DNA of 61,987 bases, from contig JAZSIK010000054.1 in assembly GCA_045533775.1 (NCBI GenBank), positions 1 to 61,987 on the forward strand, in the 5' to 3' direction. Both the position numbers and the translations under genes were made by a program. Below are positions 17,514-24,583 of the stretch, in pieces (position 1 is the first letter of the stretch; each line of letters starts with the position of its first letter). Under the pieces are notes generated by a model. That model searched no databases. It was not told where the DNA came from and saw only the letters and a list, made by a program, of their open reading frames with translations. This DNA comes from Eubacteriales bacterium (GTDB taxonomy: Bacteria; Bacillota; Clostridia; Oscillospirales; CAG-272).

Positions 17514-18779
17514 TTGAATAAAGAAAAAACAAAACTTATAGAAAAAATTTGGCAAAAGGCGGAAAAAGCACTTTATGCCTTATACGGTGATATGCCGGAT
17601 ATTCAAATACTAAACCGCTTTTATAGCGAGAAAATAGCTTTCTGTGAGACCGATAATATAATTATTTGGGATCTTGTCGGAAATATTTGCAGCGAGGCGT
17701 TGTGCCTTGATTATAATGTAAGACCCGTTGGCACTGTCGGATCTTGTTTTACGGCGTATCTTTTGGGAGCATCAATAAACAATCCCTTGCCGCTTCACTA
17801 TCACTGCTCAAGCTGCGGTTGCACCGAATTTGTAGATAAAAGCAATGCACTCCCATTTGATATACCGAGTAAAACTTGTGCTTGCGGTGGAGTGATGTGT
17901 CCCGAAGGATTTGATATCCCGTATGAAATGGACATATCCGTTTCGCACGCTCCACATACATCGCTTTGGGTTTCACCGGGATTTTTAAAAGAGACAAAAC
18001 GAATGGTTTTTGAACGAATGAAAAATCATTACTGCGTCGGAGAATTATCGAATGATATGGGTTATACGAAATTTGCCTTTTTGCCTAAGAATTCCAAAGC
18101 TCATTTTAATGAAAAAGTTGATGTTACAGATGACAGGTATATTATTTTCCCATCACTGACTGTAGGAGATAACCCGCTCTTCGACAAAGCCGAGAAGTTA
18201 ACCGAGAAAACCGGTGTTGATTTTTATGAAATTTATTCCTCTAATTGCAAGGATTATCTTTCGGATGAAAAAATCGTTCGAGAATTTGCATCGGGAAATA
18301 TAGACGGAATCCCCCCTTATTGGAAAGAACCAAGATACAATAACATGAAGGATGTCTTAAAATTTGTCAATCCACAAAGCAGTTATGAACTTTTGAAAGT
18401 TTATAGCGTGTTGCAATGTTCGCGCACATGGGTGGAATACTGCGAAACTTTGCTTCTTAGCGGTGTTTGCATTGCAGATATCCCTACAACAATAGAAGAG
18501 GTGTTTATGCTAGTTCGTGACAAATTAGGATATAGTGGCGCGAGCATTGCCTGCGAGCTGGCAAACAAGATTTGTTATAACAAGCTTGATGCAAATGCAC
18601 TTGCGATACTTTCATTACTGGATCTTCCGAAATGGTTTATTACATACGCCGAAAAAATGAAGTTTATACATGATAAAGTGAGAATGGTTGCTTTCTTGCG
18701 CGAAGCTCTCGCATTTATGTGGTATAAAATAAATTATCCCGAGGCGTTTAAGGAAATTATGCCGAATGATGGATTGTAA
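17514..18779 (+). CDS. Truncated PolC-like protein 2 (paralogue of the 16148 ORF)
   Basis: TTG start. Same motif series: GSCFTAYLLG, NPLPLHYHCSSCGCTEF, CACGGVMCPEGFDIPYE, LPKWFITYAEK and FMWYKINYP. Reads HTSLWVSPGF at the PolC catalytic position. Confidence 0.65.
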   Translation: MNKEKTKLIEKIWQKAEKALYALYGDMPDIQILNRFYSEKIAFCETDNIIIWDLVGNICSEALCLDYNVRPVGTVGSCFTAYLLGASINNPLPLHYHCSSCGCTEFVDKSNALPFDIPSKTCACGGVMCPEGFDIPYEMDISVSHAPHTSLWVSPGFLKETKRMVFERMKNHYCVGELSNDMGYTKFAFLPKNSKAHFNEKVDVTDDRYIIFPSLTVGDNPLFDKAEKLTEKTGVDFYEIYSSNCKDYLSDEKIVREFASGNIDGIPPYWKEPRYNNMKDVLKFVNPQSSYELLKVYSVLQCSRTWVEYCETLLLSGVCIADIPTTIEEVFMLVRDKLGYSGASIACELANKICYNKLDANALAILSLLDLPKWFITYAEKMKFIHDKVRMVAFLREALAFMWYKINYPEAFKEIMPNDGL

Positions 18780-18780
18780 T

Positions 18781-19086
18781 ATGGATAAAACAATTAGTGA
18801 ACAGATAAAAGCTGTAATAGAAGATACTATATCACGGCTTCAAGAGGAAGGCGTAGAGGATATTCGAAAAACGGTAGAATATCTTGAATACGGCTTCAAG
18901 GTTGTGACCTGTCCGATATGCGGTAACGAAACGCTCGATATGTTTTGGGTATGTCAGCATTGCGGTTGGGAATACGATTATTTCTTGAATGAAAATGAAG
19001 AATCACTATCAAACGGCGTAACCATCGCCGAATACAGAGCCGAATATAAAAAAAATATTAATAATAAATCTACAGAAAGGAGATAA
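18781..19086 (+). CDS. Cysteine-rich CPCC-type domain protein
   Basis: CPICGNETLD..WVCQHCGWEYD...NGVTIAEYRAEY. ATG directly after the upstream stop. Confidence 0.6.
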   Translation: MDKTISEQIKAVIEDTISRLQEEGVEDIRKTVEYLEYGFKVVTCPICGNETLDMFWVCQHCGWEYDYFLNENEESLSNGVTIAEYRAEYKKNINNKSTERR

Positions 19087-19090
19087 CTTT

Positions 19091-19234
19091 ATGCAACAGT
19101 GGGAAGTATGCTTCTTAATTGGCGGACACCAATACACCTACATAGTACAGGCTGTTTCGCAAGCGAAAGCGATTGAAGAAGCAAAACGCATCTACGGTAT
19201 TGACAAGGGCGCTCTTTGGGCAAAGAGAATCTAA
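19091..19234 (+). CDS. Small hypothetical ORF (47 aa)
   Basis: Below the ORF-track cutoff and read directly from the sequence. ATG 4 nt after the upstream stop. Followed by a terminator. Confidence 0.35.
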   Translation: MQQWEVCFLIGGHQYTYIVQAVSQAKAIEEAKRIYGIDKGALWAKRI

Positions 19235-19253
19235 TAGCGCGTGTCAAAAACCA

Positions 19254-19290
19254 AGACCTGCCGTAAGATGTGACTTGCGGCAGGTCTATT
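19254..19290 (+). terminator. Hairpin terminator ending the 5.9-19.2 kb gene string
   Basis: 10-bp perfect stem agacctgccg (19254-19263) / cggcaggtct (19278-19287). Weak T tract. Confidence 0.6.
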
Positions 19291-19295
19291 GAGTA

Positions 19296-19324
19296 TTGAA
19301 ATAAACAAAAAATCGTGTTATAAT
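19296..19324 (+). promoter_or_regulatory. SigA-type promoter with an extended -10
   Basis: TTGAAA (19296-19301), 17-nt spacer, then TGtTATAAT (19316-19324), upstream of the LRR gene pair. Confidence 0.6.
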
Positions 19325-19379
19325 TAAGTAAAATTATCGTAACACAGTCGATAAAACTAACATTCTAAAGGAAGCAAAA

Positions 19380-20132
19380 ATGAGCAACATTAACGATTTT
19401 GTGATGAAAGACAAAGCTCTTGAAAAATCTTCAAGCAAAGAAACTCAAAAGTTTACACTTCCCCACATAAATATATATGAGAGCAAATATGAGAAAATTT
19501 TGGTTGAATATATACCTGACAACTCTTCCAAAACTATAATTATACCCGAAGATGTTGAAATAATAGACCAATTTGCTTTTGATGCGGACGATTCTTTAAC
19601 ATTTTTAAAGGAAGCGTACGGAGAAAATTTTCAATATCCTGACAATATCGGTACAAAATTTATTGAAAAGATCCTAATAAACAAAAGGTTAATAGGGGTC
19701 GAAAACTACGCTTTTTGCGGACTTGAAAATTTGAAAATTATCGAGGTTGATAAAGAAAACCCATATTTTATAGGTGGAGATACCCTGTTTTACACGAAAA
19801 AGGTCTCTCATCCCAATTTCATATGGTGTAGTAGTCAAAAAACAGGAAGTTATACCGTCCCTTCTTGGATAACGGCAATTGGTCCAAAAGCTTTTGCAAA
19901 TTCAAAGTTGGATAGCGTAATACTGCTTGAAAAAATCACTTATATCTGGGATGATTCCTTTGAAAATTGCAAAAACCTCGTTATAAAAGGCTATAAAGGC
20001 AGTTATGCTGAAGAGTATGCAAAAGAAAATGGAATGCCCTTTGAGGCGATAGAAATCGTTATAAAGGGATATGAAGGTAGTTATGCTGAAAAATACGCAG
20101 AAGAAAACGGAATTCCCTTCGAGGCGATATAA
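19380..20132 (+). CDS. BspA-type leucine-rich-repeat protein without a signal peptide, with a duplicated C-terminal motif
   Basis: LRR units (IPEDVEIIDQFAF, IGVENYAFCGLENL, ITAIGPKAFANSKL). The C terminus repeats IKGYKGSYAEEYAKENGMPFEAI / IKGYEGSYAEKYAEENGIPFEAI. Confidence 0.8.
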   Translation: MSNINDFVMKDKALEKSSSKETQKFTLPHINIYESKYEKILVEYIPDNSSKTIIIPEDVEIIDQFAFDADDSLTFLKEAYGENFQYPDNIGTKFIEKILINKRLIGVENYAFCGLENLKIIEVDKENPYFIGGDTLFYTKKVSHPNFIWCSSQKTGSYTVPSWITAIGPKAFANSKLDSVILLEKITYIWDDSFENCKNLVIKGYKGSYAEEYAKENGMPFEAIEIVIKGYEGSYAEKYAEENGIPFEAI

Positions 20133-20151
20133 AAATAAAAGAGGACTTAAT

Positions 20152-21087
20152 ATGAGTTATTATGTAAAAGTAATTGAAAACGGAGTTTTGCAAAGGTATA
20201 TGATTTCTTCAGAGAGTGTCATAGAAATTCCCGAGAATGTTCATACAGTAGCGTCTGACTGTTTTCGTCCAGAGCTTCACGATAATTTCACAAAGGATAT
20301 TTTATATGATCTTTCAAATTGGGATCATACGTGCAAAATTGAAACTGTAGTGATAAGAGAAAACATCAAATTCATTGAAGATGGCGCTTTTTGCGGGCTT
20401 CCTAATCTTAAAAGTTTTGAGGTTGCCACCGACTGCACCGCTGCAAGTGTTTATGACGACGTATTGTTTTCTAGAGATGGCAAAAAGTTGATTTCCTGCC
20501 CGCCTAAAAAGCAAGGAGACCTTGTTGTCCCTCGCGGAACCGAGAAAATATGCGAAGGAGCATTTGAGGAAACCGAGCTTAAACGCATATGTCTGCCCGA
20601 CGGATTGATATGCATTGATGACTACTTCACTTACGGATATTGCCTTGAAGAAATATACATTCCGTCGAGTGTTGTTGATATTACATCCCTTGCTTTTAAA
20701 CACTGTGAAAATCTGGTTATCAAAGCTCCTGGAGGCTCGTATGCGATTCAGTACGCTATGGAAAACAATATTGCATACGAAGAAATCTCCCCCGAGGTTA
20801 TCACCGATATGGCGAACTCCAAAAAGCAGGAATATTGGATTTTGGTGCGAGGCGATGACGGTAATCCTTGTCGTGCAAAAAGATTCGGCTACGCTTATGA
20901 ATGGAATGGATTTACTTTCTTTTCAGACAGAATAATTCCCTCTGATGATACCGTTCCCACCGAAAAAAGAAGCGGAAAAAGCCTTTGCGCGTGGAGCAAA
21001 TTCCTCGAAAGATACGAAAAAAATCCCCAAAAAATAACGAAAATGTTGACCGGCGGAGCCTCGGTTCTCGATTTTCCGGAGTATTGA
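20152..21087 (+). CDS. BspA-type leucine-rich-repeat protein with an extra C-terminal domain
   Basis: ATG 20152 with SD agagga; the track ORF start at 20071 overlaps the upstream gene. LRR units plus the GSYAIQYAMENNIAYEEI motif. About 90 aa of unknown C-terminal extension. Confidence 0.75.
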   Translation: MSYYVKVIENGVLQRYMISSESVIEIPENVHTVASDCFRPELHDNFTKDILYDLSNWDHTCKIETVVIRENIKFIEDGAFCGLPNLKSFEVATDCTAASVYDDVLFSRDGKKLISCPPKKQGDLVVPRGTEKICEGAFEETELKRICLPDGLICIDDYFTYGYCLEEIYIPSSVVDITSLAFKHCENLVIKAPGGSYAIQYAMENNIAYEEISPEVITDMANSKKQEYWILVRGDDGNPCRAKRFGYAYEWNGFTFFSDRIIPSDDTVPTEKRSGKSLCAWSKFLERYEKNPQKITKMLTGGASVLDFPEY

Positions 21088-21100
21088 AGGAGTATTAAAT

Positions 21101-21478
21101 ATGAAAGATTTTGAAAGCAAATTGCCAAAAATAAAAGAAATGATCGCTGAAAAGCTCGAAGCATTAAGGGTTCCGAAACGACTTAAGGGATACGATTATC
21201 TTGTAAGCGCAATTCTTTTATTAGTAGAGGATTCCGATTACATATTGAATAAAGAAAAGCTTTATTCCGAGGTTGCACAAAAGCACAATAGTACAATGTT
21301 AAGCGTTGAAAAATGCATAGAACGAGCTGTCAGCGAAACACTTGCTAACGGAAATAAATCTGAGCTGGACAAATACTTTGGTTACACAATAGCAAACGGA
21401 AGCACTCCGTCAACCTCAGAATTTGTGGCAATGATATCGGATGCGATAAGGTTGGTTTTAAAATATCAATTGCTTTGA
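21101..21478 (+). CDS. Stand-alone Spo0A C-terminal (DNA-binding) domain protein with no receiver domain
   Basis: KGYDYLVSAILL...LYSEVAQKHNSTMLSVEKCIERAV...FGYT...PSTSEFVAMISDAIRL is colinear with Spo0A [54 protein letters not shown]. Confidence 0.85.
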   Translation: MKDFESKLPKIKEMIAEKLEALRVPKRLKGYDYLVSAILLLVEDSDYILNKEKLYSEVAQKHNSTMLSVEKCIERAVSETLANGNKSELDKYFGYTIANGSTPSTSEFVAMISDAIRLVLKYQLL

Positions 21479-21500
21479 GAAAACAATCGTATCGTCAACA

Positions 21501-21541
21501 AAAGCTATCACAACGGAAAAATGTGTTGTGATAGCTTTTTA
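21501..21541 (+). terminator. Rho-independent terminator
   Basis: 14-bp stem aaagctatcacaac / gttgtgatagcttt followed by T-run. Confidence 0.8.
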
Positions 21542-22097
21542 AAATAAAAAATTACACTGCCTAAGACAAAGAATAGTGCATTTTAAAAAGTCGAAATTAA
21601 CTATCATGTACCTTAATTTTAGAGGCATAAAAACAAGGTGTAGAACTAAAAAAATGAGCAAAAAATCAAGGTGGTAGAGTAAACATATCACCCCCCTATT
21701 GCTAAATGTTTTTGCAAGGTCTAGACCGAAAAAATAGACTATACATTTTACATTGAATTTAACGAATTTTTAGCGTAAATCAGCAATTGTGTAAAACTTG
21801 GGATAATAGGCTATTGAATATGCCTTCAGAATATGATATAATTTTATTGTCAAAGTAATAAGCTGTGCAAAATTTGAGCTGCTTGAAACAAAGAAAAGTC
21901 GCGAAAATTTGCTCAAAAATGCGATTCTAAATTCTAAGGTCTAAACCATGGTAATATTCGCTTTTGCCCTTTGGGAAAGAATGTTCCAACAATGAAGTAC
22001 AAAAACAAGCATTTCATTTGAAAATCGCGATATTTCCAAGCTCTAGACCGAGGCTTTTTCGGCTAAAAATCAGTTACACGAAAGAAAAGGAGAAATT

Positions 22098-22466
22098 ATG
22101 AAAAAGAAGCTTAAAACTACGGAAATCTCCTTCAATGAAGCAGATCCCACTACCACGATTTATACATATAATACCAAATTAAAGAAAAGGCTTTTAGAGT
22201 TCTCCGAAGAATGCCCGGATTTGTGCAAGGTTATCTTGAAAGATGAGGACGGTTGCATAGGATTTGAAATAAACAAGGACAATTTCACATTCAGGTGTAT
22301 GAAGCCTCCGTCTGACGAGAAGCGAGAGAAAGCCAGGGAGCAGATGAACAAGCTTCGTGGCAAGAATCAGGAGTCGAGCGCAACAATAAGTGAGACGACA
22401 AGCGAGCCGAAAAACGAGCCTAAATTCATACCGAAAGACGAGTGGAAGCGACGCTTTGAGCGGTAA
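22098..22466 (+). CDS. Hypothetical protein (122 aa, Lys/Glu-rich C terminus)
   Basis: SD aaggag 7 nt upstream of the ATG. Weak hairpin downstream (22465-22490). Confidence 0.5.
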   Translation: MKKKLKTTEISFNEADPTTTIYTYNTKLKKRLLEFSEECPDLCKVILKDEDGCIGFEINKDNFTFRCMKPPSDEKREKAREQMNKLRGKNQESSATISETTSEPKNEPKFIPKDEWKRRFER

Positions 22467-22491
22467 ATACGGATAAAACAAGCCGTATTTA

Positions 22492-22706
22492 TTGGGTCGA
22501 ATTTTAAGCAGGAGAAAGGGTGTGGGTCGTAAACCGCCCACCCCCGCTTCACATCTGCCGGCAGAGCCGACAGAATAAGGACTTTCCCCAAAAACGCTAA
22601 AACTGAAGTATGGGTCACGAAAGGCATTTGGGGTTAGGCGCTATGGGTCAACGAATGAGTTTTATGAGACTTGACACCGTTTTTCTATGGGTCAAAGTAT
22701 GGGTCA
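22492..22706 (+). promoter_or_regulatory. Iteron- or operator-like array of the TATGGGTCA motif
   Basis: Four perfect direct copies at 22609, 22642, 22686 and 22698. Degenerate copies at 22492 (TTGGGTCGA) and 22521 (TGTGGGTCGT). TTGACA at 22671-22676 lies between copies. Confidence 0.55.
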
Positions 22707-22729
22707 CAATAAAATCAAAGGAGAAAAAT

Positions 22730-23029
22730 ATGAACTTGAAAACAATAAAAGATAGAATTCAAGCTTTGCTCACCGATCAATCATCGGGTATCAGTCCCGA
22801 GGTGCAAAATAAAGTTAATGAGATAGTAAAACGCATTGAGGATTTGCTTTCAAGCAACAATGGCGAGTGTGATATTCCTGATGATTTGATAAAGGAAATT
22901 GCAAGATGCTTGATTCCGGATGTTATAAAATTTCTCGAGTCTGAAAAAGGAAAGGACGAGTTCGAAAAATGGAAGAAAGAGCAGCACAAAAACGAAACAA
23001 CACGAACAATTAACAATTTAATCTCGTAG
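22730..23029 (+). CDS. Hypothetical protein (99 aa)
   Basis: ATG 22730 with SD aaggag. The track ORF from 22610 runs across the repeat array and was trimmed. Confidence 0.5.
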   Translation: MNLKTIKDRIQALLTDQSSGISPEVQNKVNEIVKRIEDLLSSNNGECDIPDDLIKEIARCLIPDVIKFLESEKGKDEFEKWKKEQHKNETTRTINNLIS

Positions 23030-23278
23030 TTTCGACAATCTTATCTTTCCGCTTGCTATAAAATTATAATGATTTTACCATAATATATGTAATAACATAC
23101 TTATAGGAGGTGAAAAGAACTGTTTTGTGATAGATATCATTCTTTTTACCATTTTGGAAAACCGATTGGAAATTACGAAAACAAAAATTCATCTTGTGAT
23201 TTGAATGATAAACTACAACTTTTTTATTATCCAATAAATAGAGCTATAAAAAAAGAAGGACAAATAAAAAAACATGGA

Positions 23279-23307
23279 TTGACAAAATTAGACAACAGTG
23301 GTATAAT
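23279..23307 (+). promoter_or_regulatory. Consensus SigA promoter with an extended -10
   Basis: TTGACA (23279-23284), 17-nt spacer, then TGgTATAAT (23299-23307). About 30 nt upstream of the protease gene. Confidence 0.7.
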
Positions 23308-23338
23308 TATCAAAAAAGATATTTGATTGGAGACTAAA

Positions 23339-24250
23339 ATGCCATCTTGGGGAAAACTATTAAATGAATTACAGCCCACTAAAGATGCTTCGGGAAATGA
23401 TGTTTCAGGATTGAGTCTTGATGGATTGAGAGAGAAATATTTAAAGAAACTATCCGTAAAGACAGGAAGAAATGTAATTGCGTATTATTCAGGATGGCTG
23501 AAATCCGGCAAAGATCAAAACGTAGATATAAACGATAGCGATATAACAGGTTTTATGAATGCCATCAATGGTATGGATTGTACAAAAGGTCTGGATTTGA
23601 TTCTTCATACCCCCGGCGGTAATCCTACCGCAACAGAGGGCATAGTTAAATATTTGCACAAAAAATTTGGGAATGATATTAGAGTTATAGTTCCCCAAAT
23701 GGCCATGTCTGCTGGCACTATGTTGGCTTGCTCTGCGAATGTTATTTTGATGGGAGCTCACTCGTATTTAGGCCCGATAGACCCGCAATTTGGAGGCATT
23801 CCTGCATATAACATAGTTACGGAATTTAAAGAAGCTAAGGGAGATATTGAAAATCGTCCTGAATCGCGAGGATTTTGGGAAACGCAGTTGAATAAATATC
23901 CCCCAGCATTTTTCTACTCCGTGATAGATGCGATTAACTTATCATCAACCCTCGCGGGAGAATGGTTGTCAAATTATATGTTCGCTTCGTTGGATAAATC
24001 CGAATCCAAAAAGCGTGTGAACGCTATTTTAAAAAAACTTAATAATAACAACCAATCTCATTCGCGTCATTTTTCACTTGATGATTGTGAAAAAATGGGG
24101 CTAATTGTAGAAAAACTTGAAAGCGATCAAGATTTACAAGAGTGTGTACTTAGTGTACATCATGCATTTATAATAACAATAGACAATAGTGATGTTACGA
24201 AGGTGATTGAAAACCAACTAGGATCTAGATATTTAACAACACAAAAGTAA
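23339..24250 (+). CDS. SDH-family Clp-fold serine proteinase (S49/ClpP-like)
   Basis: LDLILHTPGGNPTATEGIVKYLHKKFGNDIRVIVPQMAMSAGTMLACSAN...LGPIDPQF. ATG 23339 with SD ggaga. Confidence 0.8.
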   Translation: MPSWGKLLNELQPTKDASGNDVSGLSLDGLREKYLKKLSVKTGRNVIAYYSGWLKSGKDQNVDINDSDITGFMNAINGMDCTKGLDLILHTPGGNPTATEGIVKYLHKKFGNDIRVIVPQMAMSAGTMLACSANVILMGAHSYLGPIDPQFGGIPAYNIVTEFKEAKGDIENRPESRGFWETQLNKYPPAFFYSVIDAINLSSTLAGEWLSNYMFASLDKSESKKRVNAILKKLNNNNQSHSRHFSLDDCEKMGLIVEKLESDQDLQECVLSVHHAFIITIDNSDVTKVIENQLGSRYLTTQK

Positions 24251-24267
24251 GGATAGTGAGTATTACA

Positions 24268-24465
24268 ATGAAAACTATTACATATGAAGAAGTTGCAAAA
24301 CTTTATAATGATCTGAAAATAACTTCTCAACCCAGTGAAAACACAAAACTCGATACATCATACGAGCAAATAACAAATCGGAATTTTGGAACAAGAGACT
24401 ATACAACTTCTTCTAATTTTTCAGAGCACGCCGTTAACTATTCAAAGTGTTCCATAGATATTTGA
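24268..24465 (+). CDS. Small hypothetical protein
   Basis: 65 aa from ATG 24268, with an alternative GTG at 24256. Followed by a strong terminator. Confidence 0.35.
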   Translation: MKTITYEEVAKLYNDLKITSQPSENTKLDTSYEQITNRNFGTRDYTTSSNFSEHAVNYSKCSIDI

Positions 24466-24480
24466 TAATAATTTATTGCG

Positions 24481-24515
24481 GGCGAGCACCTATAAATGTG
24501 CTCGCCTTGTTTTTC
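24481..24515 (+). terminator. Rho-independent terminator
   Basis: Stem ggcgagcac / gtgctcgcc, 8-nt loop, then ttgttttt. Confidence 0.8.
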
Positions 24516-24530
24516 TAAATTTTGAAATAA

Positions 24531-24580
24531 AAAACAAATCCGAACCAATCTCGATTTACGAAATAGTTCGGATTTGTTTT
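24531..24580 (-). terminator. Hairpin immediately downstream of the tRNA-Glu 3' end
   Basis: Perfect 15-bp stem aaaacaaatccgaac / gttcggatttgtttt with a 20-nt loop. Confidence 0.6.
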
Positions 24581-24583
24581 GTT

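Larger units (their letters stand above)
274..24520. mobile_element. Integrative island of about 24 kb (serine-recombinase type; neither a phage nor an ICE by visible gene content)
   Basis: Recombinase at the left edge and tRNA-Glu just beyond the right edge. Visibly AT-richer than the flanks at 1-270 and beyond 24.9 kb. Cargo is replication-like, LRR and unknown genes. Boundaries are approximate. Confidence 0.6.

Noticed and set aside
20071-20151. Long N-terminal extensions offered by the ORF track. Affected starts: 20071, 3318, 5863, 14561, 22610, 27244, 27757, 30792, 39096, 45794, 55509; also 5769 and 61969 on the minus strand.
   Set aside because: In each case an internal ATG with a proper SD removes an overlap with the upstream gene or a repeat region, and the extension has an implausible sequence. 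Coordinates were trimmed accordingly.
23100-23200. AGGAGG at about 23106 followed by short frames (for example a 25-codon GTG frame at about 23133)
   Set aside because: The frame directly after the SD stops within 7 codons. The GTG frame is 15 nt or more from the SD and very short. There is not enough support to call a gene.
274-24520. Calling the island a prophage or a conjugative element
   Set aside because: I could not find any capsid, portal, terminase, tail, lysis, relaxase, coupling-protein or T4SS ATPase ORF in the island. Only the recombinase, replication-like genes and cargo are present.
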